Assembly (NCBI RefSeq): GCF_009914755.1
Contig: NC_060932.1
DNA length: 64,000 nt
From: the human T2T-CHM13v2.0 reference genome, Homo sapiens
Reading direction: 5' to 3' (one strand)
Shown here: one piece after another, positions 63,035 through 64,000 of the stretch
How the letters are laid out: each line of letters starts with the position of its first letter
How positions within the stretch are numbered: position 1 is the first letter of the stretch
Position numbers and translations under genes: made by a program
Notes under the pieces: model-generated
Database searches by the model: none
What the model was told of the DNA's origin: nothing
What the model saw: only the letters and a program-made list of their open reading frames with translations

Positions 63035-63295
63035 AGTGGAAGCTAAATAATGTGTATACATGGACACAGAAAGTGAAATAATAGACATTAGAGACTTCGA
63101 AACGGGGAGGGTGGGAGGGAGGTGAGGGATGAGAAATGACTTAAGGGGTACCACGTTCACTATTTGGATGCTGGTTACACTAAAAGCCCAGGCTTTATCA
63201 CTGTGCAACACAGCCATGTAACAAAACTGCACTTGTACCCCCCCATTCAACCTCTGAAAACAGAGATTTAAAAAATTAAAAAATAATTTAAAAAA
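63035..63295 (+). mobile_element. Old L1 3' UTR fragment (L1PB/L1MA class) inserted in an L2
   Basis: agtggaagctaaataatgtgtatacatggac...aaaactgcacttgtacccc followed by an A-rich tail. Confidence 0.75.
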
Positions 63296-63418
63296 TAGAT
63301 ATTTAATATATCAGGTGTTACTAAGTCCCAGAAAGAAAAATTCAACAGCATAACAGTGTTGTTAAGCAGGATTAGTAATGCGGGCACTATTTTATTTTAT
63401 TTTATTTTATTTTTTTTT

Positions 63419-63528
63419 CATGATTGTAAGTTTCCTGAGACCTCCTCAGCCATACTTCCTGCACAGCCTGTGAACCATGAGCCAATTAAACCTTTTTTCT
63501 TTATAAATTACCCAGTCTCAGATAGTTC
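63419..63528 (+). mobile_element. MST-type MaLR LTR fragment lying between two A-rich tails
   Basis: catgattgtaagtttcctgag...gccaattaaacc...taaattacccagtctcag matches the MST LTR 3' part (compare 43245-43370). Confidence 0.8.
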
Positions 63529-64000
63529 TTTATTTTTTATTTATTTATTTTTTTATTATACTTTAAGTTTTAGGGTACATGTGCACATTGTGCAGGTTAG
63601 TTACATATGTATACATGTGCCGTGCTGGTGCGCTGCACCCACTAACTCGTCATCTAGCATTAGGTATATCTCCCAACGCTATCCCTTCCCCCGCCCCCCA
63701 CCCCACCACAGTCCCCAGAGTGTGATATTCCCCTTCCTGTGTCCATGTGATCTCATTGTTCAATTCCCACCTATGAGTGAGAATATGCAGTGTTTGGTTT
63801 TTTGTTCTTGCGATAGTTTACTGAGAATGATGATTTCCAATTTCATCCATGTCCCTACAAAGGACATGAACTCATCATTTTTTATGGCTGCATAGTATTC
63901 CATGGTGTATATGTGCCACATTTTCTTAATCCAGTCTATCATTGTTGGACATTTGGGTTTATTCCAAGTCTTTGCTATTGTGAATAATGCCGCAATAAAC
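63529..64000 (-). mobile_element. 3' end of young LINE-1, L1PA2-like, continuing beyond the window
   Basis: Minus strand: ORF2 C-terminus (...CIFSLIGGN*), 3' UTR 'gctagatgacGAGttagtgggtgcagcgcacc', 'ctgcacaatgtg', 'cttaaagtataat', then an A-rich tail. GAG rather than ACA/ACG argues against L1HS. Confidence 0.9.

Noticed and set aside
63356-63895. 179-aa plus-strand ORF
   Set aside because: Reads through T-rich tails, an MST fragment and antisense L1 3' UTR; a repeat artefact.

Overview
Primate (almost certainly human) genomic DNA containing the 3' part of the minus-strand gene ZNF704 (8q21.13, location from prior knowledge). Four coding exons with GT-AG junctions join in frame (62660-62393, 57267-57163, 40707-40613, 39055-38944) and end in the C-clamp/CR3 domain ([30 protein letters not shown]). 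They are followed by a repeat-poor 3' UTR of about 12.9 kb, with AATAAA at 26056-26051. The introns hold a near-full-length L1PA4-like element (antisense to the gene), a CKS1B processed retrocopy with an intact 79-aa ORF (sense), the 3' end of an L1PA2-like element, MaLR LTRs, a MER44 and many Alus. Positions 1-26 kb are intergenic: Alus, a 7SL pseudogene, old L1/L2/MIR/MLT fragments, a strong CTCF motif and enhancer-like unique sequence. No wholly new system is demonstrable from sequence alone. The best hypothesis is that the L1 antisense promoter supplies a new ATG and a phase-0 donor that could make a C-clamp-only ZNF704 mini-protein and/or express the R71H CKS1B retrocopy. Two apparent L1 3' transductions are also visible. 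Repeat subfamily calls and repeat boundaries are by eye and approximate.
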